From: Pelomyxa schiedti
Taxonomy: Eukaryota; Protista; Evosea
NCBI GenBank assembly: GCA_020536535.1
Contig: JAHLWZ010000530.1
Coordinates: 124,001 to 188,000, forward strand
DNA length: 64,000 nt
Reading direction: 5' to 3'
Every line of letters starts with the position of its first letter. The first letter of the stretch is position 1. Positions 23,314-36,022 of the stretch are shown piece by piece. A model generated the notes under the pieces. The model worked only from the letters and a program-made list of their open reading frames with translations, was not told the DNA's origin and did not search any database. Both the position numbers and the translations under genes were made by a program.

Positions 23314-26300
23314 TTAACTAAGAGGTGGAAAGAAGTTGGGGTCGAGCTGTACAGTTTTGGGGTCCACCTGGGGTAAGGACTGAAGAAGTTGAGGGGGCAT
23401 TGGGTGTGGTGAGAAGTTGTCTGGGTGGAATGAGTGCGCCATATGTGCTATCTGGCTGGGGGAGAGTGCCCCAAACGCAGTTGTAACGGCTGCTGCGTCA
23501 AGAAGCACGGTTTTATCTAGCACCAAAAAGTTGGCTACTTGTTTGATCTGTTCCAGGAGGTTCCTTGTTTGGAGTGAACTTGGATTTTAGTTGGTGAGGG
23601 GGTCGGATACCTAGCCCCTGAAAGGTAATCGAATTTTGATATAAATTCTTCCACTTTCGATAATACATATCGTATTTGGAACCCATTGCCACAAGTACCT
23701 GGAAAATGGTTTCAAAAACCCGTAACAGGCGGGACGTGCATACAAAGCTCTGGTTTAGTCACCAAAGAGTTGAATAGTTCCACATTTATTCCATAGCAGA
23801 CCAATGCAAAAAACTGCATACAAAGGTGTTTGGGGATATTATTAGAGCGCAGGCGATCCAAAATTGCTTTAAGTGCGCCCAATATAAGATCTGACTTGTT
23901 GGTCTTGGTTCTAGGTGTTTTGTTAATGCAAGATGGAACAGACATAGCATTTGGTGGAACTACCGGTGGGCCTCTGTGGCAAGGACGGCAGACTTTTCGT
24001 CAAAAATGGCTTGACTCACAAGCGGAGAAATTTCCTGAGTGATAACTGGTTAATTTTAAGTATGGATGGGAAATGTGGTACATGAACAGTGTGTTTGACA
24101 CATAAATCAAAGACTTTAAGGACAGTTTGCTTTAGCTCATAAACAAGTTCTTCCTTAACAGTGGGATTGGCAGGTTGTGCGATAGGCTTCAGTAGGACAT
24201 CTCTTCTTTTTTCTTTGGAGGTTCTGATAAGGATGAGTTGGTATTGAAGTGGTTTAAGAAATTAACTCTGCCAGTCCATCTGCAAGTTCTGCTTCTATTA
24301 AACTTACAAGATTCCAAGTGATGGATAGTGTGTAGAAGCTCAAAGTGGGATTGTGCAAACTTGCCTTTGTAAAGTCAACAAACAAAGGGTGCGAAAAAAC
24401 TTGACCCAAACACCTTGGTAAGAAGGACTAGTGCTGCCATGATTTTCTTGAAGAAAACAAAATCAGGGTGCTCAAATCCGTTCCAGGTTTTGAGTCTACC
24501 CAGAACTGTCTCACAAACACATGGTATTCCAGAGGAGTCGAATACTGGTTCAGTAATGTAGTACAAGGTACCAATGACAAAGTCAGTTGTAGCAAGTTCG
24601 TGGGTCAACTTTTCGACATGGGACTGTTACGAAGCAGTGAGGACAGGTTAAATCCAAGTACACAAAAACCTTATAAGCCTCAAGTTCAGCCCTCTCCACT
24701 TGAGCCTTTTTTGTTGTTGTTTTGTTTTGTTTTTAGGACAAAAGGAAAGAGGAGATGTATTTCCAACTTGTATTTGTTTTTGAATACACTCAGTTGTGGC
24801 TTGCAGCTTCTCCATAACTTGACTCACTTCTGTTGTGAGATTCAGCCTTAAAAGCTCAATCATCTTCAGAGTGTCCTCGTACTTGAGTTGTATCTTTTGC
24901 TTTTCTGCCAGGATTTGATCTTTGAGATGCATTATCGCTGTTTCAAGCTGCTCGTTTCTTTCATGAGCTTCCGTTAGCTGATTCGATAGTTCGGAATTTT
25001 TGTCTGTTAGCTCCGCTATTTTGTGCAAAGCAACTTGCTTTTCTTTGTCCAAAGTACACAGTCTTTCTTCAGATTGTCTGTGGGCTTGTTGAGAAGCCAG
25101 CTGACAAGCATCCAAGGAGGAACTTATTTTCTCCACTTTTGCTTGAAGGAGGGAGTTAGCCTCACTGAGTCGCTTGCTGTTGTCAACTTCTTTTATGAGT
25201 AGCATGGAGTGTTCTCGGCATAAAGCAAGCTGTTCGGAATGGCGCTCCTTACAAGTTTTCAGTTCCTTCTGTAGCAAGACCATAGCACGTTTGCACTGGG
25301 CCACCTCGACTACACTTTGGTTTGCGGTATTGAGTTGTTCCTCTGAAAGCTTGAAGCATGCTGTCAACTCAGTGCAGTGTTGACGAAGTTGTTGATTCTG
25401 AACCATGGCTTTCTCATTGACGAGTTTTAGCTGTAGATTATCTGTGAGTATTTCTTGCAGTTTTTGTTCCAGCAGTCTTATTTGCTCCTTGTCGGCACGT
25501 GCTAAAAAAAGAAAAAGAAAAAGTGGAAATATTAAGTTGCATCATTCAAGTAGCACAATTATCGACATGTAATCTCAACAGTCAAACACACCAAACCTGT
25601 GCTGACAGCTGCAACTTGGTCCACGTCAAGTAAAGGTGTTGTGCCCTCACAACTTGTTGCCTCATTACTATTGGGCGTAGAAACGGCAGAACAAAAGCGT
25701 GATATCAACTCATCACGGTGGTGCTCAGCTTGGGTACGTTTCTGCTCAGCAATTTGCTGGCTTTCTAAAGCCTTCTGAGAAAGGGCTTGAGACTTGTGGA
25801 GATTGGAAAGAAGTTCTGAGGTCTTTATATTGAGATCCGAAATTTCTTGCTTCTGAAGGATGTTATTTGCCACGTCTTATGAAATAAAACAACGGTATTA
25901 CCATGAGGTCTTTTTCTTCTTGCCACTTGGTTGTTTTTTCTTGAAGCTGAGTTTTTACTTTAGAAAGTTCTCCTGGAAGTAGTAAGTTAGGCAAGGGATG
26001 TACCCTCCAACATGCCTTTGGTGAAGCTTAGAATCTTTGTTAATTTGTCTCGTGAAATTCCTACTTCCGCAGCTTGATCCCGCTCTACAGCGATCTGCTT
26101 AGAAGTTTCCTCGATAGATGCTTGAAGCTTGGATATTTCTCCTTTTTTTGCTTCTAACTGGCTTCCAAGCTCAGTTCGCTCATTGCTCAGAGAGGTTACA
26201 GCAAGCTGGAGCCGATTTATTTCATCTGGTGAAGTTCTTCATTGAGCACAATTGTAGGTTTTTCTAAATTGAACACCTTGCAACTCTTGAGTGGACTGCG

Positions 26301-27227
26301 GTGTGACAGAAACTGCAGCAGGAATGGAAGCAGGAGTTATCATCCCTGGTGCACAGGCTTTTGTGTTTGTGTCATCCGCATCAGCAAACACATCTGTGTC
26401 TGGAACTTCTTCATCCACTTCCTATGTAAGGTCAGACTATAAAAGGCTTCTACCCATAACTCAACTAGTTCCGATTTGAGAACTTCCGTTTCGTCATCAC
26501 TATATCCATTGGTTCAGAATAAATACCCCTCCCCAAAAAGAAGAATACCCAGAAAGTCCGGTATTTTCAGACGAAATGGTTATCTGAGGTTTTTGAGATG
26601 CGGCGTTGGAAGGAATATACCATAAGTGTGACAGATTTGTGCTGCCCCTTTTTCATTATTAAGGTTGCAGACCTGGTTGCACCAGCAAGGTCAGCATACT
26701 GAGCTAAATCCAGAGAGGCTTTCCCCAAAAGAGCTCTCTTCCCCTTTGGGAGATCCTCATACAAGGACATCACCATTAATTTTTCGTCCTGCAAGAAATG
26801 TCAGGTGGTGTGGTGAATCCAAGCATAACCCCCAACCACTTGTTGTGTTGTGTGCATCAGTGCGACGCACATAACTGGACCCGGTTTCTTTGAACAGTGT
26901 GCACAACAGCGTAACGACTTCGTTCCATTCGCACACCCACCCACCTCCTCCTTCATTGTTTGCCGTAGATCCACTCGACCTAGGAGATCCGCAAACAACA
27001 GGAGCCGCTGGCCTGCACGCGGTGCGTCCTTGGTTTTCTTTTTTCACGCCTCGTTTCCACTCCACAAACAACGATCGCGACGCAGAGTACGACGAAGATG
27101 TGCGCGTGGCGTCATCCTGCGGTTGTTGCAGTCGCTTAGATGCCGATGACGAGTGCTGTTGCAGACTGAGGGCAGCTGAACAGAACGTGATACGGTACCT
27201 CTGCTTCACTCCCTTCTTCTTGAACAT
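23314..27227 (-). CDS. NT-C2 (EEIG1/EHBP1-type) + long coiled coil + DIL (dilute) domain protein
   Basis: LFVEWKRG..WNEVVTLLCTLFKE..LLGKASLDLAQYA; coiled coil ~24800-26220; DIL-like FFALVCYGINVELFNSLVTKPELC..GNGFQIRY..IKQVANFLVLDK..LSPSQIAHM. Confidence 0.75.
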
Positions 27228-27420
27228 AAGATCCAAAAAAAAATGGTTTCGGCTTGCTTCGTATCCAAGCTGGCAGTAGCACACCTCGTCTTGGAAGAAA
27301 ACTAGGACCACAATGGCAGCATTCCCCTGCGCAAGTGTCAGAGCCAGTTTTGTTCAAAAAACAAACCGAAGTTTGCACACTAAAACAGATCTGGTAATAA
27401 TACCCGACTAGCAACGAGGC

Positions 27421-30400
27421 ATGGACCGTGGTGGTAAAGGAGGAGGAGGTAGGGGGGCGTTTTTTCGGGGCCGAGGAAGGGGGGCATTCTGGAGGGGCCG
27501 GGGAAGAGGGATGAGAGGGAGGGGGAGAGGAAAAGGCGACCCACAGCAGACCCAGGCGTCGACCGGCGGAGACGAACCTCACGGAGGAGGCCCAACTGTT
27601 CCGTTGGCGAAGCGACCAAAACGTTCCTCCCTGGTAAACTTGTCCCCGTACCCTTTTGTGTTCCATTTATGGGGTTTTTTTTCCCCTCATTTTGCATTTT
27701 AATTGAATTTAGTTTTTGGTCGTTTAATGAAACTGTCAGGGAGGTAGAAATGGGGTAGGTTTGCAGCTGGTGAGCCTTGACTTTGTGGGAACAACTAACT
27801 TCCTTTCTCCTACCGCAATGCAAGTGATGTCTTCACTCTCTGGATCCATAAGAGGTGTGGCAAACAACCTCCAACGTAGTCTCACAATCCCAAATGCAGA
27901 CGATAAGGAAAGAGAATGGCGTTTCCCTGTCTCCCAACATGACGCAGTTGTAAAAAAACTTACGGCACAAGGAGAAAATGTTACTCCTGTCCCAAAAGAA
28001 GTATTTGCAACAATTGTATGAACACCAAGAGTCCCTAGTTGCATTAACTCCCTAAGGCTCGCTCCAAAGAAGATCCTGTGACTGATATCTCCAAAATTCC
28101 CGAATATATAATGTCGACTCTAATGCCTTTTCAATTGAAAGGCTTACTGTGTGTTATGTACAACACTGTAACTAATGGATTTACTGTTGGACACAGTTTT
28201 GGGATTACACATGGTGGAAAGTGTCTTATTGGTGACGAAGTGCGAGACCTTGTGTATTTGTTCAACTGAACTCAAATCATTAAAGATGGGACTGGGGAAG
28301 ACTATACAAGCAATTGCCATAGCTTCATATTTCCGGGAAGAATGGCCTCTCCTTAGTACTTGATTTCTACCATTTCTCTTTCTTACAACTCTTAAGTCAT
28401 TTGCCCGTCTTCCCTTCGCCTCAACTGGGCTTCAGAAATCACCAAATTCATTCCGGATATAGGTGCCTTTTCTAAACTTGTAATTAACAAATTAGCACTG
28501 CCAATAACCCTCACTTAGATCCATTCGAAGTTAAAGCAATCATGAAAGGAAAAGATGCACCTGACACGTTAGTGAACATCATTTCTTATGACTTAGTTTC
28601 TAAGGTTCGGTATTTACCACTGTAAAGTGTACCTGATGTAATCAAACAGATGGACTTCAAGAAGTTCACATTCAAAGTAATCATCGCTGATGAAAGTCAC
28701 TACCTTAAGAATCCTACAGCATTACGATCACAAGTCACTATTCCTTTACTCAAAGTACCTTGTCTCTCCTATCTCATAACACACCAAGCCACTCAGGCAG
28801 CCCACCGAGCAATTCTCCTAAGTGGCACCCCAGCTTTATCAAGACCCATTGAGCTTTTTCCACAACTTCAGGCGTTGGGGTGCCCTATTTTCAAAACTCA
28901 GAATGCCTTTGGAGCCCGATACTGCTCAGCACACATGGTGTGCGCCAGAATTGAGGCCATTTCATCTCATTGTTGTAGGGTCCATTTGGGATGGACTATT
29001 CTGGACACTCCAACTTAAAGGAACTTCATACTGTGCTTCAGGTGTGAGGAGCACTATACTTACTGTTTCAAGTGTTCACATTGTTATTCTGGCACAGAAA
29101 ACTGTAATGATACGAAGATTAAAAGCAGATGTCTTACGAGAGTTACCCCCAAAGCTTAGGCAGCAGGTAAGGTGAGCGGGTTATTTTATAATTAAATAGT
29201 CTTCCACTCATTGAAATAAATAGGTGGTCATCACTCCAGCAGAGAAAGACTTAGTTGAAATTAAAGAGAAGTTGAAGTGCATGGATGCAATAAGCAACGC
29301 CCTCACCCATTGTATGTGAGGGTAAAAAAAATGGGCTAATAAGCCAAGCAGGTCAAGGAAATCTAGCTTCTTTGAATTCGCAGAAGAGAGCCATGATGAC
29401 CGATATTTATCAAGAAACAGCTCGGGCCAAGCTTCCTGCTGTAAAGCAGTATATAAAAGAAATGCTGGAGGGGGATTACAAGTTTTTACTGTTTGCTCAT
29501 CACCAAGTTATGTTAGATGGTTTGGAAGAAGCTCTGGTAGTTCACCCTTCCCTTCCTTTTTTTTTCTTTGATAAAAAACCCACTCCAAAAAAAAAAAGAA
29601 TAAATGCAAATATATCAGAATCGATGGTTCGACTTCCCCAAAATCACGTGAGGAGCAAGTGCAGCAATTTCAGGAGGATGAAGAAACAAAAGTCACCCAT
29701 TTGTATTTGATTAGCCTAACATTGTTCAGTGTGCCCTTCTGGGAATAACAGCCGCTGGCACTGGTTTAACTCTTTCCAAGGCTCAAGTTGTTGTGTTTGC
29801 TGAACTGTACTGGAATCCTGGGTACCTCAAGTAATCCAATGTTTGATGTCTCATATTGCCAAAAAGATCACTAATGCAAGCTGAGGACCGTGCACATCGT
29901 ATTGGTCAGACAAACTCCGTTCTTGTGCAGTATCTGCTATGTCACTCCACTCTTGATGACTTTATATGGTATCAAGAATGCAGATCTCTATCTTGTGTTT
30001 GATCTTGTACCCAGGCCTCTTGTGGAGAAGAAACTTGAAGTCTTGGGCAAAGTGGTGGATGGAGCAGAACGCTCTCTAGATGCAACTAAGGCTAGTACTG
30101 GTGATGTTTCACAACAGCTTGCTGCACTGGAAGAATCTGATGGAAAACCACCAGTACAAACAGGAGATAAAAAGAGGCAACTTCCAATTTCCATGTTCAG
30201 TGTGAGAAAACCTGATGAGACTACTAATACCGAAGTAAAAAAACCTAAGCACCATGGAACCCTCGATTCCTTTTTTAAACCAGCACCATCAAGTGCCAGC
30301 AAGTCTTGCAATACCAGGAGTCCTGATATTGAAGGCTCTCTCAAAACCAACACTAGCACAGACGATCTGGACGTGAACTTTGATATAGATCCAGCAGACT

Positions 30401-31683
30401 TGGACTCCATCTCATTTCCTGCCAGCTCTTCAGACACATCTCCCACTAAGACAAATTCCACCAGCCCTGTTATTCTTGCATATAATTCCGACGATGAAGA
30501 AACAACAAAGCGTTATATGTACAAAATACCCTCCCTGCCGAAACATGATTTCTCAGCTTCCTCCCTTAAAGGAAGGACTTTCAAGATACTGATGATACAA
30601 GCTTTGACTTGCCCGATAGCCCCCACCTCAATGATACAGTTTACGTTGCCGATTCTAGCTATCCTACTTATCTTCTTCCTGATAACTCTCTGGTTAGTTT
30701 ACCTTTTACTACCTCGTAAATCAACCTCCTTTTAGGATGAAGTCCATCTAGGGCATACTGACTCGCCACAGAATGACATAATATCATCCCCGTCAACCTA
30801 TTCTCATACGGAAGTGTCAACACCCCAAGCAAGGCTGGAGTTGGACTCTCCCCGAATGAGAGTCAAACCACCGATGTGGCAAGACAAAATCTCTAAGACA
30901 GTGGAGAAAACACCAAAACAGCAACTTTCTACCCCCACAATGCCGACTTATACTACTACTTCCAGTGTTCGGGCGAAATCAAGTGAGTCTAGTTCTAAAC
31001 CCCCTAGCAAGGAGAAATTGTGCTTCAGCCAGGCACTTGGTGGCATCAAAACTGTATTGTCACAATACACATGCTCTCCACCCAGAAACTCTCAAGAAAA
31101 CGAAGAAGAACCTACTACCTATAGAGAGGCCAATGAACAATACAGTGAAAACAACCAAGAGGCAGAAAGTGGCTGTGCTTACGATTGCCAAGCCACCGAG
31201 GATGAGAACACCGAAGGTGATGATGACCAAGTTACAGCAAACCAGGACACTACCAATACCTCTGTGTCTTGTTTGTGGCATGAATCAACAAATACTGGGC
31301 AAATGGCGGCTCAACCCAACAAACAGGAGGTGCAAGAAACCTCCACAAGTCCAACCACCAATTATAGCCAGCCTGAGCACACACAAGTGGTTCCAACACA
31401 GCCAACTACTGCTACATTAGCAACAACCAATACAAAAACTGACCTTCCGTCCAGTACCAAAGCCACACCCACCCACACAGGAATCATCACCACGCCGTCC
31501 ACAACGCCGTCACCACTTCCCAAGCAGCAATGTGATGGAGGGCAAGCGGGTGAGGAACCTGATATCTTCAGTTGGTTTGATGATGACGATGCAGGCTGCT
31601 TTACTGTCAGCAGCACCAAATTTGCCCCCCAAGACACCAACTTTGACAATGACCTACCTACCTTCACCCTCGATCATTCGTGA
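27421..31683 (+). CDS. SMARCAL1: SMARCAL1/ZRANB3-family SNF2 annealing helicase with a long disordered C-terminus
   Basis: LMPFQ, GDE|[83 protein letters not shown]; about 15 short introns. Confidence 0.85.
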
Positions 31684-31915
31684 CAGGCCAAAAAATGGAA
31701 GAAAAAATTCCAAGTTTGGTGTTTTCCATCTAGAAAGCTATTCCCTTGACAGATACATGTCAGTCATTTTTTTGTTTAACAAGTTGGTTGTAGACGCGTT
31801 AGAGGGTTGGTGTTCTCACATCACGCAGGTCATTGAGGACAACGATGAGAAGAAATGGACACAGTGGTATGTTTCCGTTCGTGTTTTAAGTCTTTTTGTC
31901 ATCATCTCAGAAGCA

Positions 31916-34351
31916 CTAGAGGTACCTAAGACTGTGGTGAAGTGTTCTTGTGCCAGAAATTGGAATGCATTGCGTGTCGCCCTTTGTGGTCACTTCTGCA
32001 GAAGAGAAGTCTGCAGCAAAGTGAACTGTCATCATGTGCTCATCCTTGGGAATGTAGTCTGGGGCTTTGCAACGGAAGTCTACAGCAAACCAGTCACGCA
32101 ATTTCAGAATTTGGTAAGCCCCTTCTGTGAATCTCTTACGGTGTCCTCAATACCTGGTTTTTTTTTAGGATGTCTTTCACTTTTAAAGGGAAGCAGGTAC
32201 CTGTGCCCTCCCTGAGTACCTCGATGCCCCATTTCACTTTGTCCGCAAAAAGGTCAATGTAGCCAGTGCCGTGCGTCCCAAAGCATCCAACATTGCTGCT
32301 TACATAGATGTTAGTTGGCAGATGCATCACCAAAGCACGGTAAAGTTCTGAAACGTAGCAACTCTCGCAAGGGTACCCATCCTCTGAGTAAGTTAGTATA
32401 GCAGATCTTCCTTGCATAACTTATAGACGTACGGAACCATCGAGGGAGGATATCGCCTTCAGCAATAATTCTTTCAGGGACGTTGGATCCACGACTCGCA
32501 AATTGGGAATCTCAAGCAATTTCCTAATGTCTAGAAAAATTGTTAAAACAGAGAACCAACACACAACGCGTACATATAGACTCTATAAGAGGGGATGCAA
32601 AAGCAAATTTAGCAGAGGAATCCCCAGACTGTGAATAAATAACTCCAGTTTTAAGCAGTTGCGACATCAACACCCCTGGAAGGGAGGTGCTACCTACAGA
32701 ACTGGGGTTCATAACCAGATTGCTCAAGAACCGTATAATCGCCTCTTCTTCTTCTACGGAACAGTTGAACTCATGGAAAACAGAAAAGAAGAGGTTTGGA
32801 ACTGCTCTGGTATTCTCACATTTCCATCGCACATTATCTGGAACTGTTAATCATTGGGGGAAAAAAGGAGGTATTGAACCAGAAACCAAGATCTCCATAA
32901 CTTCACTGTCTGGAGTCTCCCGAGAGAAGGTTTGAAAAAGAAACGACAAAGTTGTAGCTGAGAACCCCACATGAAGGCCAACGCGTTGTGCAATTGCTTC
33001 AGCAACTCCTGCACTCACTCTGAAAGAACCAGTGCTATTACTATTCATACTCGCAACAAACTCATCAAATTCCTCCTGTTTCCTATGTGACAAAGTGTTT
33101 CAGATAGAGAGTGAAAATCACCTTGCGGAAGAGAAGAAACTTGGCATCCAAGTGGCAGTCCTCGAAGTGTACAGGTGTGTATCGGGAGCTTTGGCAGTAT
33201 CCTTGAAATTCCCCAGAGGCTGCGAAGAGTACAATTCGCACTTTGAGGTCTTCAGGTTGACAGTTCTTCAATTGTTTGATTAATGCCCAGAACGCGCTAT
33301 TGGGATCGTCGTAAGCGATTTGAACCTAGAGAAAGTTTATTAGTCCTTGTCCAGTGGTATGTATGATGCTATACCTCATCCAAAATAAGCACGAAAGGTT
33401 GTTCTCGATTATTATCTAGAGAAGATGCCCTAGTTACTTTTTCTGTCCATTCAGCTAGAAACGAGTCCAGGGGCATGGAAGGAGGCTTCCCAAGCAAAGT
33501 AACGAGCTCAACCTGGCAAATAAAGGAAGTTGGTGGATTTCCAACAAACAGCGAAAGAATGGTGATGGGAGTCAACAGTTTGGGCGTGCACATTACCTCC
33601 CATCTCTTTTCTTGAAGTAATAGAGAAAACAGTTGTGAAAGGCTAGTCTTGCCCGAGTACGGAGGTGCCCGAACCAGAGTAACACAGTGCTCAGTCACAA
33701 ACTTGAATAACTCAAGGCAAGTTGCGTTTCTTTTGGTGTACGCACATCCAAAGCTAAGCCCTTCAGTCTGCAGATGTATTGTCAGAGGACCACCTGTGGG
33801 TTTCCTTATAGGTTTCATTGAGGTTTCTGTGCTCAAGTTAAAAAAACCAGGGAAAAAAAGAAGTGCTTTGTTTGACCTGGAACACCAAGCACAGATAAAA
33901 TCAGAGGGCAGGTGTCAATGCATCCAAGTTTCAGAATAGTATCTTGTGGGGTCATCGCAGCCAGTTTGACCGCCACAACCCCCACTTTCCGTGGTGCTGA
34001 CTCCTGGACTATTTGGATAACTTTTTCCTCGATTGTTTTGGCTTGCGTTGCTTCGTCATGCCTGGTTTGCTCCAGCCTAATCTTTCGTGTTTCAAACTCC
34101 AACATCAGACTTTGTAATAGCTTGCGAGCCGATTCCTTGGCGACTTGGGAATTTTGGTCAGTCGGTGCTTTCTGGAACGCGCACGCGTCATCATATGCTT
34201 TGTTGAGCCGCCACATCAGTGCACGAGCCTCGGGCCGAATAAGACCCTCAAACTCCATCAAGACAACGCTTTCGTCCCTATCCATTATCTTCACGATCGC
34301 GTCCACCATCTCTTGCGTGCTCCTTGACTGAACCGGGGGAATGCTTGCCAT
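31916..34351 (-). CDS. Crinkler-type effector: N-terminal helical domain + P-loop NTPase + PD-(D/E)xK restriction-endonuclease fold
   Basis: Walker A VRAPPYSGKTSL, Walker B FVLILDEV|Q, FAFASPLI, and REase-like ESCYVSELYRAL..GYIDLFADKVKWGIEVLREG..WFAVDFR. The 3' end may extend to ~31738. Confidence 0.75.
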
Positions 34352-36022
34352 GACTCTGCTGCGTAACGGAGATCTTGTTACCTTGAATATTTAAAAAAAA
34401 TGACCCCGCTGCTCCAGAATAGCCATGAACTCAGTTGAGGATGTAGGATTCTCTCAGACTGCGTGTTGGTAATGGCGTAGGTCTGTTGATTATTGTCGTC
34501 ATTAGTTGAACGGAAAATGTGGCGAGGGTTGCGTATGATCAATGCAATCCGCGCCAACAGAAAATGTACACCAAGTTGGTTGGTGTTTCCGGGTGCGTCA
34601 TCCCGTTGAAGCAGTGGGAAGAGGAGACCATCATTGGGGCATCGAAACTTACTTCGACTTAGTCTTGGGAGAAGTCATGGACGAAAAGGAATGTTCACAG
34701 AATTTTCGTACGAAAATTCCTTTCTGATTGGTTGTGCTTCAAGCTTTACGATAGTGGCCTACAGTCATATCTAGATCAAAGGGCGGCTGTTTTTTTGGCC
34801 TGTCAAATTCCTGTAAAAACAGCCGCAACAACAACAGTACTCTGCCTCAGTCTGCAGCAACAGATTTGTCCAGTCTCCGTTTTTTCAAAACGATCAGGAA
34901 AGGCTGTTGGTGTCGATGTGGGTGTCGGCACCCACGTATGTGTAGGTGTCGAGCGGCGGTGTTGGGAACAACAGCAGCAACAGACCGAGTGAAGGGGTGA
35001 AGGTTTACCCAACAGCGCCGGCGCCCACGCCATCAGCTGTGCCACTGAGGCCTACAGCGACGCCAGCCCCTCACCACCAGGGCTGACCGGACTCCACGTA
35101 ATACACCTGCACCTAAGACGCCGACGACGCCTACACCTACGCCAACACCGACGCCTTGCCTGCACTGAGGCCAACACAAACCCACACCAACACCCTCAGA
35201 ATAACTTGCCCAACACTGACACAAACACACTGAAGAACACACAACACACAACACACACAACAAGAAACAAGAAACAAGAAACAGAACCCACACTTAACCA
35301 GCACACTGTAAAAACAGCCCCCCAGCCACCCCTCAAGTTTTAATAAGGAAAAAAAAAAATAAAACAGCCACCTGGGTGGCTGTTTTACCAATGGGGAAAA
35401 GCCATTGTTTTTTCACTGTTTTTAACAGGTTTGAGTCTGCAACATGTAGAAAAGGTGGGCAGTTGGTATTTCTAAGGGGAAAATTTTTTTGTTTTGTGAA
35501 GAACATATGTGGACCCTTGTGAAAAAACAGCTGCCACCTCACACCAAACAAGTGCAAGGTAAATTTTTGTATTGTTACAGTGCATTATCCTTGTGCAACC
35601 TTTCCTTTCTCTTTGATTACTTATCTCCAATTAGTTGTTTGTGTTTTTGGTTTGTTGGTGCCAAGCAGGAGATGGGGGGTGAGTGGAGGGGAGGGAGGAG
35701 AAGAAAGGTTGGTCTGAGCATCTTGGATGGCATTAATGTTGGGAGAGTTTGTGTGCACACTGTGTCTCAAGTCCTCCACCTTCTTTACCACTGTCTCAAT
35801 GCCTTGGTTTTTCATTATGATTGCTGTTGATTTCTATGATAATGTTACAATCAACCTGTACCTTGCGCCTTTGCCCTGTGGTGTTGACAACAAAATTCAC
35901 AGAAAAAAATTTATCCGTTTTTTCCCCAGGCCCCTCTGCCGAAAACCTACTGAAGGACCCGAAAACCTTCTTTCAGTAGACTTGACATTCAAGTAACTGT
36001 TGAGAATCCACTAAGCGTATGT

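Noticed and set aside
28141-28194. Apparent GC-AG or non-canonical intron in the helicase gene
   Set aside because: A canonical GT-AG solution (GGC TTA CT|gt...ag|T TTT GGG) restores the frame.
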